A stretch of 64,000 nucleotides of DNA from a virus, in IMG/VR virus record IMGVR_UViG_3300037307_000400; one strand, given 5' to 3'. The stretch's first letter is position 1, and the number at the start of each line of letters is the position of its first letter. The notes beneath the pieces are model-generated. The model saw only the letters and a list, made by a program, of their open reading frames with translations. It did no database searches and was not told where the DNA came from. Shown here one piece after another: positions 9,491 to 19,103 of this stretch. Both the position numbers and the translations under genes were made by a program.

Positions 9491-10094
9491 ACAGCTTGAG
9501 CAGCTCTGGCTCGTTGACGCGCAGGCGCTCGATGGCGGTGTTGTTGAGCTGCGTGACGAGGAAGGAGTAGTCGTGCTCGTGGTGCCAGTTGAACACGTTG
9601 CTCGCGTGCTGGCCCGTCGCGCACTTCAGGCTCCCGGCGTTGTAGCTGCTCGCCGCGGGCGGCAAGCCCCGGAGCGCTCGGACCTTCTCGGCGAGCAGCG
9701 TGGCTCCGATGTAGAACGAGTCGTCGGGGTTCGCTCGGTCGCGCGTGCAGACGAGGGACTTGTAGGGCTCCCTCTGGAAGATCGCGCAGGGCATCACCTG
9801 CATGACGCCGACGGCGCCCGCGGGCGAGCCGATGGTCGCCTGGCGCGCCTTGTCGGCGCTGTAGAGCCCCGTCTCCTTCGTGGCGACCGCCAGCAGGTAG
9901 CTCGGCGGGATGCCCGTGCGCCGCGCGTTCCGGCGGATGGGCCCCGACCAGTTCGCCCAGGTCTGCGCGAGTTGGCGGTACAGGGCGCTCGAGGGGTCCA
10001 GCACCGGCACGCCCATGCCCTCGATTTCGATCCGGTGATCTGGCAAGGTGCGAAACCGGGCGCCCCCGCACGAGTTTGAGATCCAGTCCACCAT
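9408..10094 (-). CDS. Lytic transglycosylase (SLT) with C-terminal membrane anchor
   Basis: Catalytic (K)ETG, GVMQVMP and SYNAG motifs; C-terminal FIGSAALVGGAIFLYAKR. Confidence 0.85.
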   Translation of the reverse strand: MVDWISNSCGGARFRTLPDHRIEIEGMGVPVLDPSSALYRQLAQTWANWSGPIRRNARRTGIPPSYLLAVATKETGLYSADKARQATIGSPAGAVGVMQVMPCAIFQREPYKSLVCTRDRANPDDSFYIGATLLAEKVRALRGLPPAASSYNAGSLKCATGQHASNVFNWHHEHDYSFLVTQLNNTAIERLRVNEPELLKLFIGSAALVGGAIFLYAKRSSLRRLMPR

Positions 10095-10133
10095 GGAATC
10101 CTACCGAGATTTCTCACCCTTGGCGAGGCGGCG

Positions 10134-10718
10134 GTGACGCTCGCAGCCACGCGCCTGTTCGTGTACGCGGGCCTCGCAACGGCAGGCGCCGCGGCGGCCT
10201 ACGTCGCGCTCAGCGGCCCGCCCAAGATCGTGCGGGGTAGCCGGGTGTTCCTGATCGGCGACAGCCTCGCGGTCGGGCTCAGCCGCCCGCTCAAGCAGCT
10301 CGCGGACGATCACGGGGTTGCCTTCGACAGCATGGCGGTGCAGGGCACACGGATCGACCAGTGGGCCAACAACCAGGGCATGTACGACCGGCTGCTGACC
10401 TTTCACCCGACGCACATCCTCGTCTCGCTCGGCACGAATGACGAGTACATGCAGCTCGACGCTGGTGCGCGGCAGGCCCCATCGCTTCAGGTCCTCCTGT
10501 CCCGACTCCGGGCGCTTGGACACGTCCTGTGGATCGGCCCGCCGAAGCTGCCCAAGCCAGCCTCCAACGGGGCGATCCCCCTGATCTTGGAGAACGTCCC
10601 CTCGAGCCACTACTTCCCCAGCCAGCGGCTCGAGATCCCGAGGGCGGGCGACAAGCTCCACCCGACGACGGCGGGGTACGCAGGTTGGGCTGGGCAGATC
10701 TGGAAGTGGGCAACATGA
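10134..10718 (+). CDS. SGNH/GDSL hydrolase with N-terminal anchor
   Basis: IGDSL, SLGTND and DKLHP motifs. Confidence 0.9.
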   Translation: MTLAATRLFVYAGLATAGAAAAYVALSGPPKIVRGSRVFLIGDSLAVGLSRPLKQLADDHGVAFDSMAVQGTRIDQWANNQGMYDRLLTFHPTHILVSLGTNDEYMQLDAGARQAPSLQVLLSRLRALGHVLWIGPPKLPKPASNGAIPLILENVPSSHYFPSQRLEIPRAGDKLHPTTAGYAGWAGQIWKWAT

Positions 10719-10948
10719 GAGTTCAGCAGCACCCTCTTGGCGGCTACGTTTGCACCTGCGAGCAGTGCGGCGCGCAGGCTCGCGTGGTCAACCCGGGTCA
10801 GTTCGCGCAGGCGCACCGCTGCACGCACCGGGGCATGGGCGACCTCATCGCGCAGGCGACGAAGGCAGTGGGCATCCAGCCCTGCACGCCCTGCGAGGAG
10901 CGCCGCCGGCAGCTCAACGGCATGTTCCCTCGCGTCTGGAGAAGATGA
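10715..10948 (+). CDS. Small Cys/His-rich protein
   Basis: ATGA-coupled; CTCEQC..HRC..RGMGD..GIQPCTPC..RR..LN. Confidence 0.6.
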   Translation: MRVQQHPLGGYVCTCEQCGAQARVVNPGQFAQAHRCTHRGMGDLIAQATKAVGIQPCTPCEERRRQLNGMFPRVWRR

Positions 10949-10949
10949 G

Positions 10950-11471
10950 ATGCAAACATTTTTTGATTACTGGTCCGAGTGTGCGGAGTTCGCCCAAGCT
11001 GTCGTCAAGGAGTACGGGCGCGAGGGCGAAAAGCGGGTCGAAACCGATACGCAGCTTCTCAACGAAGCCAACGACTACCTCGACCTGTGGTTCTTCGAGT
11101 CGTTCTGGTTTGAGCCGCTGGAGAGCCGCCGGAATTACCTCGTCATCCACTTCACGTCAGTGAGCTACTCGGACACAGGCCCCTATCTCTACCTCGAAGG
11201 GAAAGCCCTGGTCACAAAGAAGCGAGATGAGATCTCGCTCTCCTACCTCGAAAAATCGTGGTTCAAAAATAAGCGCAGGGTGAAGGCACCCAAGGACGCT
11301 GTCGAAGAGTGGGAGCCGCTGCTCGACGAACAGATTGTCAAGTGCGTCATGACGCCCACGGACATGTCAGGTCCAAAAATTCGTCGAGATCGGTACGGAG
11401 ACTTGGATCTGGACTGGGACACTTCCAGGGGTCTTATCTGGGAGGACGAGGACGAGGACGAGGACGAGTGA
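10950..11471 (+). CDS. Hypothetical protein with acidic EDEDEDEDE tail
   Basis: Start at MQTFFDYW, in frame with track ORF 10737..11471; AT-richer sequence. Confidence 0.6.
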   Translation: MQTFFDYWSECAEFAQAVVKEYGREGEKRVETDTQLLNEANDYLDLWFFESFWFEPLESRRNYLVIHFTSVSYSDTGPYLYLEGKALVTKKRDEISLSYLEKSWFKNKRRVKAPKDAVEEWEPLLDEQIVKCVMTPTDMSGPKIRRDRYGDLDLDWDTSRGLIWEDEDEDEDE

Positions 11472-11522
11472 TACTGCCGGCTCAGCCGAAGACATTGAGC
11501 CATGTGCCGGAGACGTTGAGTC

Positions 11523-12476
11523 ATGGACAAGGTGAAGGCAAACCTAATTCTAATCAACCCCAAGACTCGGGAGTTGATCCGTTGCGCTTTTGTGAAAAAC
11601 CGCAGTGTCTATCTAGTCTCGCTGCTGCCAGAGCAGCGACATCTCGACGAGTACCAAGAAATTTCAGAAGACTCTGAGTTCACGATTGGTAAGGGATACC
11701 TAGACGAACGCCAGGAGTTTGAGATCGGTCGCGAGACATTTGCGCGGGCGCACTCTCCTGGAGGGGTCAAGCGCAGGGGTTCAGGCGACGGCTTCTTGTT
11801 GTATGCCGGGCTGACTCTTCGGGCGTACAACGAGAGAAGGTTTCAGGGCATCGGGTCGACGAGAGATTCTTATGGGGATTACCATTCTCGAAGTTCATCG
11901 GCAGATGCTTTTTGGAATCGCGCAGTGGAGATTGGTTTTGCCCAGGAGACAGATTTAGAAATTGTAGAGGAGAGTGAGCGCACGACAGAATACGAGCCCC
12001 GTATTGATTGTGACGACATCGGTGACGAGGACTGTGCGGACATTGTCGATGTTGGTACTGCAACTGTGGAGTACAAGGCAGAAGATCGGGAAGAGATAGA
12101 AGTTCAGTACATCGACGCAGACACCATGGGAGAGGCCGGGGTTGTTTTGTGGCGAGACGACAGGCTTCAGTACGAACCTGATTTCGAAGAGATTCCAGAG
12201 GACGTGCTCCTTGGGCTGGATCTGTCGACATGCAATAATCTGGAAGCGGTGCAGATCGTCTTTGAGCGGTTGTCAAAGACGCCTCCAGAGTATGTGGAGC
12301 CCCTGTTTTACTCGCTCATTCCTGCTGTTCGAAGTCACTTGCTGAAGGGCGGTTTCTATGCCCCGCCGGTCCTGGCGAACGGAAAGTTCAGACCGTTTCG
12401 CAGGAACTCCGGGCTCGAGGCGGAGATCGACAAGGTCTGGGACAGCTACTATGGGGCGCTGCAAGACTTTCCGTGA
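11523..12476 (+). CDS. GNAT-like domain protein with acidic central region
   Basis: 'KRRGSGDGFLLY' resembles the acetyl-CoA loop and 'SSSADAFWNR' the GNAT terminal helix; fold is inferred. Confidence 0.5.
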   Translation: MDKVKANLILINPKTRELIRCAFVKNRSVYLVSLLPEQRHLDEYQEISEDSEFTIGKGYLDERQEFEIGRETFARAHSPGGVKRRGSGDGFLLYAGLTLRAYNERRFQGIGSTRDSYGDYHSRSSSADAFWNRAVEIGFAQETDLEIVEESERTTEYEPRIDCDDIGDEDCADIVDVGTATVEYKAEDREEIEVQYIDADTMGEAGVVLWRDDRLQYEPDFEEIPEDVLLGLDLSTCNNLEAVQIVFERLSKTPPEYVEPLFYSLIPAVRSHLLKGGFYAPPVLANGKFRPFRRNSGLEAEIDKVWDSYYGALQDFP

Positions 12477-12477
12477 G

Positions 12478-13017
12478 TCAGCGCAGCGCGCGCAGTGAGC
12501 CCCAGACCACGAGCCCGACCCCGACCATGGCCAAGCCGCTCGCGGCCCAGGCCCAGCCCGGCGTGCGCGTGCTCACCGAGAACTGAGAGCACGTCGTCCC
12601 GGCTGGGCACACCTCGTCGATGCTCAGCCCGGGGTGCCACTCCAGGTGTCCGGGGTCGTAGAGCCGGAAGCGCCCGCCCCAGACTCCGCCGAGGCGCTCC
12701 CAGACCTCGCCGAGCGTGACGTAGTCGGGGTGGGTCCCATTCGGCACGATCTGCCCTGTGCTCAGGTCCACGGGGTCGACGTCGATGGCGAGCCCCGTGA
12801 CGTGCCACGAGCGGCACCCCGGGGCGTTCGTGACGACCGCCCCGGGCGTCGTCCGCCCCTGGGCGTAGATCGCGTCCTGCTGGGCGCAGGAGCGCGCCCC
12901 CGCCCGAACCTTCAGCCCCCGGCCCGTGCGCGCCATGAAGGCCTTTGCGGCGACCCGAGCCATAGTCCGCAGCCGCCAGTCCGCGGTCGCGAGGTAGCCC
13001 TGTGGGTCGAGGATCAC
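12478..13017 (-). CDS. M15C L-Ala-D-Glu peptidase-like enzyme with C-terminal anchor
   Basis: RSCAQQDAIYAQGRTTPG..VTNA..SWH..GLAID..WGG..DPGHLE; C-terminal TM. Confidence 0.9.
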   Translation of the reverse strand: MILDPQGYLATADWRLRTMARVAAKAFMARTGRGLKVRAGARSCAQQDAIYAQGRTTPGAVVTNAPGCRSWHVTGLAIDVDPVDLSTGQIVPNGTHPDYVTLGEVWERLGGVWGGRFRLYDPGHLEWHPGLSIDEVCPAGTTCSQFSVSTRTPGWAWAASGLAMVGVGLVVWGSLRALR

Positions 13018-13236
13018 GCTCGCAGAATACTTGGCCCGTCAGGGGCGGGCAAGGCAGGGTGCGGGACATGACGTTTCTCGAAGAGGGCAAACAGCTAGTG
13101 TGGCGCAACAAGTTCACGATTTCCGAGGCTTTCAGGGCTGCGCTTGAGGAGCGCCTGCTTGCAAATCTGGCGCGGGTAGGCGAGATTACCAGAGCAGATC
13201 GCGAGTGGGCGAGGGCCCAGGTGCGGAGAATTTTCG

Positions 13237-14178
13237 ATGACCAACGTTTTCCTGAGAAACCCGAGTGAGCGGCGCCTTCCGGGGCATGAGAGGCGCGAGA
13301 GCGCGGAGCGCGGCCGAGACTTCAAGCGGCGGCTCGAGGACATGACGGGCGGCGGGGGGATGAAGCGGGACCTGCGCCGCCTCGTGGCTCGTGAAGAGGA
13401 AGACATGTACCCCTGGGAGAGCGACATGCGACCCAACGGCTCGGTGGACTTGAACCTGTACGCGAACCCCTACTCGCTGGACGGCCGGGGCTTCTACTTC
13501 ACGGACCTCGACGAGTACCAGGCTGGGTACGACAAGGAGTACAAGCGGGCTCGGACCGAGGAGTATGAGATCGACTTCATCGACGGTTCGCCGCTCGAGT
13601 CGGCGCTGTTCAAGGCGATGCACGTCGACCAGGCGAGCCTCGAGAAGTACTTCGACCTGCTCGACGAGCTGGACGGCGATGACGAGAGCACGGTCGCTGC
13701 GTTCCTCTGGCTGACCGGCGACATCGGCTACGACGTCGAGAAGGCGATCCGCAAGGTGCGGGACGTGTCGCTCGTGGCGGCGAAGCCCGAGGACTACGCC
13801 TACGACTTCATTCGTGACGTGGGCATGAGCGAGGACTGGCAGTCGATGTACTTCGACTACGACTCGTTCGGCCGAGATCTCCGCCTCGACGGATACCCGA
13901 CGCGCGACATCGAAGACCAGATCGAGGAGGCTCGGGAGTCCGAGGATGAGGACGAGGTTGAGCGGCTCGAGGCGCAGCTTGAGGATCTTGAGCGCATGAC
14001 CGACCAGGAGATCGGCGAGGAGTACGTCGACAGCGTCGGTGGCGTCATGGAGGTCGCGGACGCAGAGCGGTACTTCGACTTCGAGGCATTCTCCCGCGAC
14101 GCGGTGCTGGGCGGGGACTGGGCGACCTTCGACTACGACGGCACCGAGTACACGATCACGAACGCCTCCGAGTTCTGA
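13237..14178 (+). CDS. ardA: ArdA antirestriction protein with N-terminal extension
   Basis: Very acidic; YANPY, EEYEIDFID, YFDYDSFGRDL, YFDFEAFSRD. Alternative start at 13426. Confidence 0.85.
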   Translation: MTNVFLRNPSERRLPGHERRESAERGRDFKRRLEDMTGGGGMKRDLRRLVAREEEDMYPWESDMRPNGSVDLNLYANPYSLDGRGFYFTDLDEYQAGYDKEYKRARTEEYEIDFIDGSPLESALFKAMHVDQASLEKYFDLLDELDGDDESTVAAFLWLTGDIGYDVEKAIRKVRDVSLVAAKPEDYAYDFIRDVGMSEDWQSMYFDYDSFGRDLRLDGYPTRDIEDQIEEARESEDEDEVERLEAQLEDLERMTDQEIGEEYVDSVGGVMEVADAERYFDFEAFSRDAVLGGDWATFDYDGTEYTITNASEF

Positions 14179-14181
14179 GCC

Positions 14182-14787
14182 ATGGTCGCAGCGTACATAG
14201 GTGGGTCCTATGAGGACCTCTCGACGTGGCCGACCGTGGTCGGGTACCTGCGCGTGCGCGACATGACCTCGAGCCCGCGCCCGGGGACGCGCGCGCTCAC
14301 GGCGCCCGTGTACGAGAGCCTGGTGCAGCACGCGGCGCCGTTCCGGTTCTTCGCGGGGCAGTACGAGGTGCCGACGAAGGACGGGGTGTGCCGCTGGCCC
14401 GGTCGCGTCGTGCGCGCGGAGGGCGGCGAGCTACGCTGCTACAAGGGCGCGCCGCTGACGACAGAGGAGCAGGCGCAGGTTGACGCAGCCGCGGCAGCAG
14501 CCGCTCGGGAGAAGAGCGAGCGGGAAGCCGATATGGCGAAGAGCATCACGGGGACCTCTGACTGCGGTCCCAAGCTCTTTACCAAGGCCGAGTTGATCTC
14601 GCGAGGGCTCACGAGTGCGACGGACGCCTCGGCGAAGGTGCGCTGGTACTACGACTGCAAGACGGGCAAGGTCACGCGGTATGACATGACGCAGCAGGTG
14701 GTCAAGGGCTGGGACACGACGCGACCCTGGGTCGTGGGCGCGTTGCTCGTCGCCGCCGCTGTGTACCTTGTGCGGAGGTCACGGTGA
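14182..14787 (+). CDS. Tail-anchored membrane protein
   Basis: C-terminal WVVGALLVAAAVYLVRRSR. Confidence 0.65.
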   Translation: MVAAYIGGSYEDLSTWPTVVGYLRVRDMTSSPRPGTRALTAPVYESLVQHAAPFRFFAGQYEVPTKDGVCRWPGRVVRAEGGELRCYKGAPLTTEEQAQVDAAAAAAAREKSEREADMAKSITGTSDCGPKLFTKAELISRGLTSATDASAKVRWYYDCKTGKVTRYDMTQQVVKGWDTTRPWVVGALLVAAAVYLVRRSR

Positions 14788-16391
14788 GCAGCATCGTGAA
14801 CTTTGCCACTGACTGGACCTACGGGGTTCCGTCGCCTGCGGCCGTCGAGGAGCGCATGGCGGTGATGAAGCGCGTGGTGCGCGACGTGAACGCCAAGCGC
14901 GGGATCTCGTTCCCGACCGGCATTCAGTTCGTCAACGACGCGCTCGAGCTGAACGTGTCGGCTGGAGATCCAACGAGGTCGAGTCTCGACGCAATCGAGT
15001 ACATGCGGGCGTTCTCCGCCGAGTCGGGCGTCCAGTTGCCCGCTGAGATCACGAAGGCGATGCAGGGGCTCGACCCCTCGTTCGTGTTCGACTTCAGCGA
15101 CGCAGAGATCAACAAGTGGGTGGGCGCCGCGGGGCAGCTCATGACCACGAGCCTCGACCAGGCGGGCAAGCTCGCGGGGCCGCTCAGCGCGGGCTTCGAC
15201 TTCGTCGGCGCGCTCTCGGACGGCAACATCACGGCGGCCGAGGGCAAGAAGATCGCGTCGTCGGCAGGGGCTGCCGTGGGCGGCGCCATCGGCTCGATCA
15301 TCCCGGGCATCGGGACCGCCATCGGGACCATCATCGGCTCGACCATCGGAGCGTTGGTCGGCGAGATCGTGGCGTGGATCAACCCGCCGCAGCCCGACTT
15401 CGCAGCGGCGCTCGAGGCGCAGCGCGAGCAGATTGCGTCGTACCTGCGCCAGGCCTCGAGCGGCTGTGATGCCGCGAAGAAGCGCGTGCTGACGGAGTCG
15501 ATCAACCCGGAGATCGTGAGGCTCTCGGACTTCTGGCACAGCGTCGAGCTGACGCTCGGCTTCCGGTTCCCGCTCCGCTGGTTCCAGAACAACCCGGGGC
15601 TCGACTTCGAGAAGGCCGCGTACCTGTACGACGCGCGCAACTTCGGCCTTCCGCCGCACCTGTCCACGCCGCTGTTCCCGCGCCAGGCGCTGCTCCAGGC
15701 TACGACTGGCGCCAAGTTTCCCCCGCCCACGCGACCCGAGTACGGTGCGCTCGTCTGTCAGGTCGAGCGCACGACTCGGCGGGCTGCGAGCGGCGCTTCC
15801 CGGTACACCGGGACCGAGGCCGAGGGCCTCTGCAACTTCTACTGCCCGCAGAACGTGCTTGGGTGTCTCTACCCCGATGTGCGGCCTGGGGCGTTCGGCC
15901 CGTACCGGGTGCTCGACGCGCTCAAGGCGCGCGGGTTCGACCTGAAGGACATCTCGTGCTCGTTCGTCGACCCCACCGACGACGCGCACAAGCAGGCGAC
16001 CGAGGCCGAGTGCAAGCGGCTCTACAAGACCGGGACGGTTGAGGAGCGTGAGGCCAAGTGCGCGGAGTACGCGCTGGCGCAGGCCAAGATCGGGCCGGGG
16101 GCTGCGCAGAACGAGATCAAGCGGCAGCTCGAGAAGTTCCAGGTGGCGCAGAAGTACGTCAGCGCGGACCTCGTGCAGACCTCAAACCTGATGCACTCGC
16201 AGCTTCAGCTCTTCCGCGACAAGCTCCAGCTCATGCAGCCCACGAAGGTGCGCAGCCCCGCGACGCAGGCGGCCGCAGGCGCGCTTGCGGAGCACAAGGA
16301 AGAGCAGGAGCAGGCCGCCTCGAGCGGCAAGGTGCTGGCTGCTGGCGGGGCGCTGCTCCTGCTGGCGCTCGCGAAGAAGGGTGGCGCGTGA
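14784..16391 (+). CDS. Glycine-zipper membrane protein with C-terminal anchor
   Basis: GAAVGGAIGSIIPGIGTAIGTIIGSTIGALVG segment; C-terminal TM followed by KK. Confidence 0.7.
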   Translation: MSSIVNFATDWTYGVPSPAAVEERMAVMKRVVRDVNAKRGISFPTGIQFVNDALELNVSAGDPTRSSLDAIEYMRAFSAESGVQLPAEITKAMQGLDPSFVFDFSDAEINKWVGAAGQLMTTSLDQAGKLAGPLSAGFDFVGALSDGNITAAEGKKIASSAGAAVGGAIGSIIPGIGTAIGTIIGSTIGALVGEIVAWINPPQPDFAAALEAQREQIASYLRQASSGCDAAKKRVLTESINPEIVRLSDFWHSVELTLGFRFPLRWFQNNPGLDFEKAAYLYDARNFGLPPHLSTPLFPRQALLQATTGAKFPPPTRPEYGALVCQVERTTRRAASGASRYTGTEAEGLCNFYCPQNVLGCLYPDVRPGAFGPYRVLDALKARGFDLKDISCSFVDPTDDAHKQATEAECKRLYKTGTVEEREAKCAEYALAQAKIGPGAAQNEIKRQLEKFQVAQKYVSADLVQTSNLMHSQLQLFRDKLQLMQPTKVRSPATQAAAGALAEHKEEQEQAASSGKVLAAGGALLLLALAKKGGA

Positions 16392-17032
16392 TGGCAGATT
16401 GCACCAACAGGAACTGGCAGAGCGAGTTGCTCACACAGCACCTCGTGGCCAAGAGTCGGCTCTCGCAGACGCCGCCGAGTTACGTCCCGACGCTGTACCA
16501 CACGGAGTACCAGACCTGGGCAAATCTCCCTGAGATCGGGTACGACGCGGACGTCTCGAAGCTCTACAATCTAAAGGCGTTCGCGGCAGCGCTCAAGACG
16601 CACGAGTGCAGCCAGCCTGCGGCGCCGACGTCGGGCCTCGGGGCTACCGAACTGCACCCGTTCTGCGAGCGGGAGCTGCGGCTGACAGGAGCTGCGCTCC
16701 ATGCGCGGCTGCGCGACAAGGTCGCAGCGGGATGTCAGAAGTTCACGGGGCAGTCTCGAGCCTCGTGCATGGACGCGGGCATGCGCGCGGAGTTGCTGAA
16801 GGACACAGAGGTCCGGTCATTCTGCAAGGTCCCGACGCCGTTCATCGACACGACGTTCAAGCCTTCGCCTGCGGGCACTAGCGTGTACACGGGCGAGGGC
16901 GGCTGGGGCGGCAAAATCTTGGACGAGTACCGCGTCAAGGTAACCTCAGTTAGCGGCGCTGACGTGCCTAACAGGTCGCTCCTGCTAGGTGCGCTTGCTG
17001 TCGCGGTCGGCATCTGGCTCGGCTCACGTTGA
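16391..17032 (+). CDS. Cys-containing tail-anchored protein (SGLGA motif)
   Basis: ATG overlaps upstream TGA; C-terminal LLLGALAVAVGIWLGSR. Confidence 0.65.
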   Translation: MADCTNRNWQSELLTQHLVAKSRLSQTPPSYVPTLYHTEYQTWANLPEIGYDADVSKLYNLKAFAAALKTHECSQPAAPTSGLGATELHPFCERELRLTGAALHARLRDKVAAGCQKFTGQSRASCMDAGMRAELLKDTEVRSFCKVPTPFIDTTFKPSPAGTSVYTGEGGWGGKILDEYRVKVTSVSGADVPNRSLLLGALAVAVGIWLGSR

Positions 17033-17041
17033 GGCGTTACG

Positions 17042-18001
17042 ATGGGTGATGTAGACTGGTTCGCGGACATGACAGACCTGGAAGCAATTCGGGAGTCTGA
17101 CGACCCGATGGTCCGAGTCCTTTACAGCATGGGCATGCGCCAGTTCGCTTTGCATGAGCGACTTGTGAGGCTGGACGACAAAGTCGACCGGCTGATCGAA
17201 GCGCTCGCGCGCTCGGGCTCGCGACCAGACTTGAGGGCCGTGAAGCCGTGAACGAGCTGCTCGAGGCCTCGGGGCCTTACGCTATCGTCTTCGCTGGCAT
17301 GTCGGGCGTCATCACCTGGCTTTTGCGAGATCGCGGGCGGCTCCTGACGGAGCTGAGTGTTCGCACGGAGCGACTGCTCGACGAGCGGCAGACTCGTGCG
17401 GAGGAGGCCCTCGAAGCGGCGCGGCTCCTCTCGGGGAGCGCGGAGATCGTCAAGGGGGCGCTTTCAGCGCACGACCAAAGGTTGGAGAGGCTGGCACAGG
17501 CATGGGAATCTTTGCGAGGCTGAAGGCCTGGGTGACCCCCGACTACTCGATCCCGCCTGTGAGTGCGCAGGCGACGCACGCACACGCCGTGCGCGAGGCG
17601 CAGGCCATCGAGTTGCGCGCTGCCATCGAGTTGCGTAAGCAGATTCTAGAGGCGCGCATCGACGATGTGACCCGTCAGATCGAGGAAGCGCTGAAAGTGA
17701 TGCCATGAACACTCCGACGAAGATCAGCTCTGACAAGCTCCGGGCAGCTCAGCTTCCGCCCACCGAGATCGTCGAGAAGCCGGGAATCGAGCCTGCGGTC
17801 GTCGTAGACCCCGCGAAGCTCGTCAAGGCCTGGTCGGCGAGCACGGACGTGATGCGCGAGGTCGTGTCGGTCGTCGAGGCTGCGCGCGCGGACATGCTGC
17901 ACGGGCGGCAGTCGATGGAGCAGTTGCTCAAGACGCACCTGCTCGTCGGGTCCGTCGTCGTGATCTCGACTCTCGCCTCGATCCTCGTCGAGTTCCTCTG
18001 A
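17042..18001 (+). other. Four coupled small genes (17042-17251, 17248-17523, 17502-17708, 17705-18001); holin-like candidates
   Basis: Overlapping stop/start codons; 17248 has an N-terminal TM plus coiled coil, 17705 has a C-terminal TM. Lysis role is inference. Confidence 0.45.
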
Positions 18002-18008
18002 TTGCCTA

Positions 18009-18167
18009 CATGTAGGACAGGCGCCTACCTGATTGCGACCCGAGGGCGTAACAGGGCGCCCGGCAAGGGTGTCACACCCGCCCCTGTTACACCCGTCTAG
18101 CAGCAGCCCTGTCTTAATGATTACGCGGGGTTAGCCGACTCCCGGCTGTTGGCACGAGCCGTGCAAC
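18009..18167 (+). repeat. Direct repeat unit A (97-bp core 18071-18167 plus CATGTAGG-N7-CCTAC inverted repeat)
   Basis: Core matches 26142-26238 with 6 mismatches. Confidence 0.9.
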
Positions 18168-18206
18168 CATCCCTTTCGTGGCGCCACGGCGGCGCTCAAA
18201 AATACT

Positions 18207-18284
18207 GAGGGGGAGATTCCCCTCGACCTGACGTAGAACCACCACGGGCGCCAAGGCGGCGCCCAAGAAGGAAGGACCCACATC
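18207..18284 (+). promoter_or_regulatory. Repeated promoter/leader unit, copy 1
   Basis: GAGGGGGA-GA-TTCCCCTC palindrome, 9 nt, TAGAAC, GGGCGCC-AAGGC-GGCGCCC hairpin, AGGAAGGA SD, ATG. Confidence 0.75.
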
Positions 18285-18881
18285 ATGATCAAGCTCTCGT
18301 TCCAGGCCCGGCAGAATGCCCGTGAGACTGGCTGTGACCCGCTCAAGGACGCGGTCGATCTTCGCGCGGGGGTGCTGACTCGCGATGAGCTGCTAGCTGA
18401 GTGCCTCAACGGCGCCGACGAGGACCGCGTCGCGGGGTGGCACGACTACGTCGCAGAGGTCGCGGAGTATGCGAGCACGCTCGTGGCCCCGCGCACGAAC
18501 CCGCCGAGCGAGGCGTACATGCTGCTCGTCGCCGCTCAGGACGATCCCAGCTACATCGGCGAGCACGCCCCGAGCCTGTGCGCGGATGAGCATCAAGACT
18601 GGGTCGAGGAGACGAGCTACTGGCGCTTCAGCGACGGCTCTGCGATCCGCCTCACGGCTGATTTCGCGGAGGAGCTGACCGAGGCCGAGTTCGATGCGGC
18701 TGTCGCTCGCGCGAGGGCGCGGGACGTCGCGCTCGAGGTGTCGTTCCGCCGGCCAGATCTGCCCGCTGACGATGTCGCGTCGGTGCTCAGCGCCGACCCG
18801 ACGCTCTCTGTCGACGACGTGATCGCGAGCCTCGACGAGGCCGCCGCGGAGTGGGCCGAGGAGCGGGAGCACGAGTCGTGA
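18285..18881 (+). CDS. Acidic hypothetical protein
   Basis: Strong SD; first gene after the repeated promoter unit. Confidence 0.7.
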   Translation: MIKLSFQARQNARETGCDPLKDAVDLRAGVLTRDELLAECLNGADEDRVAGWHDYVAEVAEYASTLVAPRTNPPSEAYMLLVAAQDDPSYIGEHAPSLCADEHQDWVEETSYWRFSDGSAIRLTADFAEELTEAEFDAAVARARARDVALEVSFRRPDLPADDVASVLSADPTLSVDDVIASLDEAAAEWAEEREHES

Positions 18882-19103
18882 CCCGCAACGACTTCCGCCT
18901 CATCTTCGCCTGCCTGGCTTCCGTCGAGGCAGACGCTGCGGAAACTGCTGCGGAGGCGGACTTCCTCGCCGAGGAAGGCGACCGGGCCTACGCGGACGCG
19001 CTCGCAGCGGGCGCGACGTCCGACGACTACCGGCGCGTGACTCGGGAATTTTCTTTCGGTGATGTGGCACTATCAGCGCGGCAAGGCGCCGCAGGAGGAC
19101 AGC

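Noticed and set aside
18071-18167. 97-bp repeat as a dif or att site for the tyrosine recombinase
   Set aside because: No convincing match to the 28-bp XerC/XerD consensus and no host junction; kept only as an unexplained repeat.
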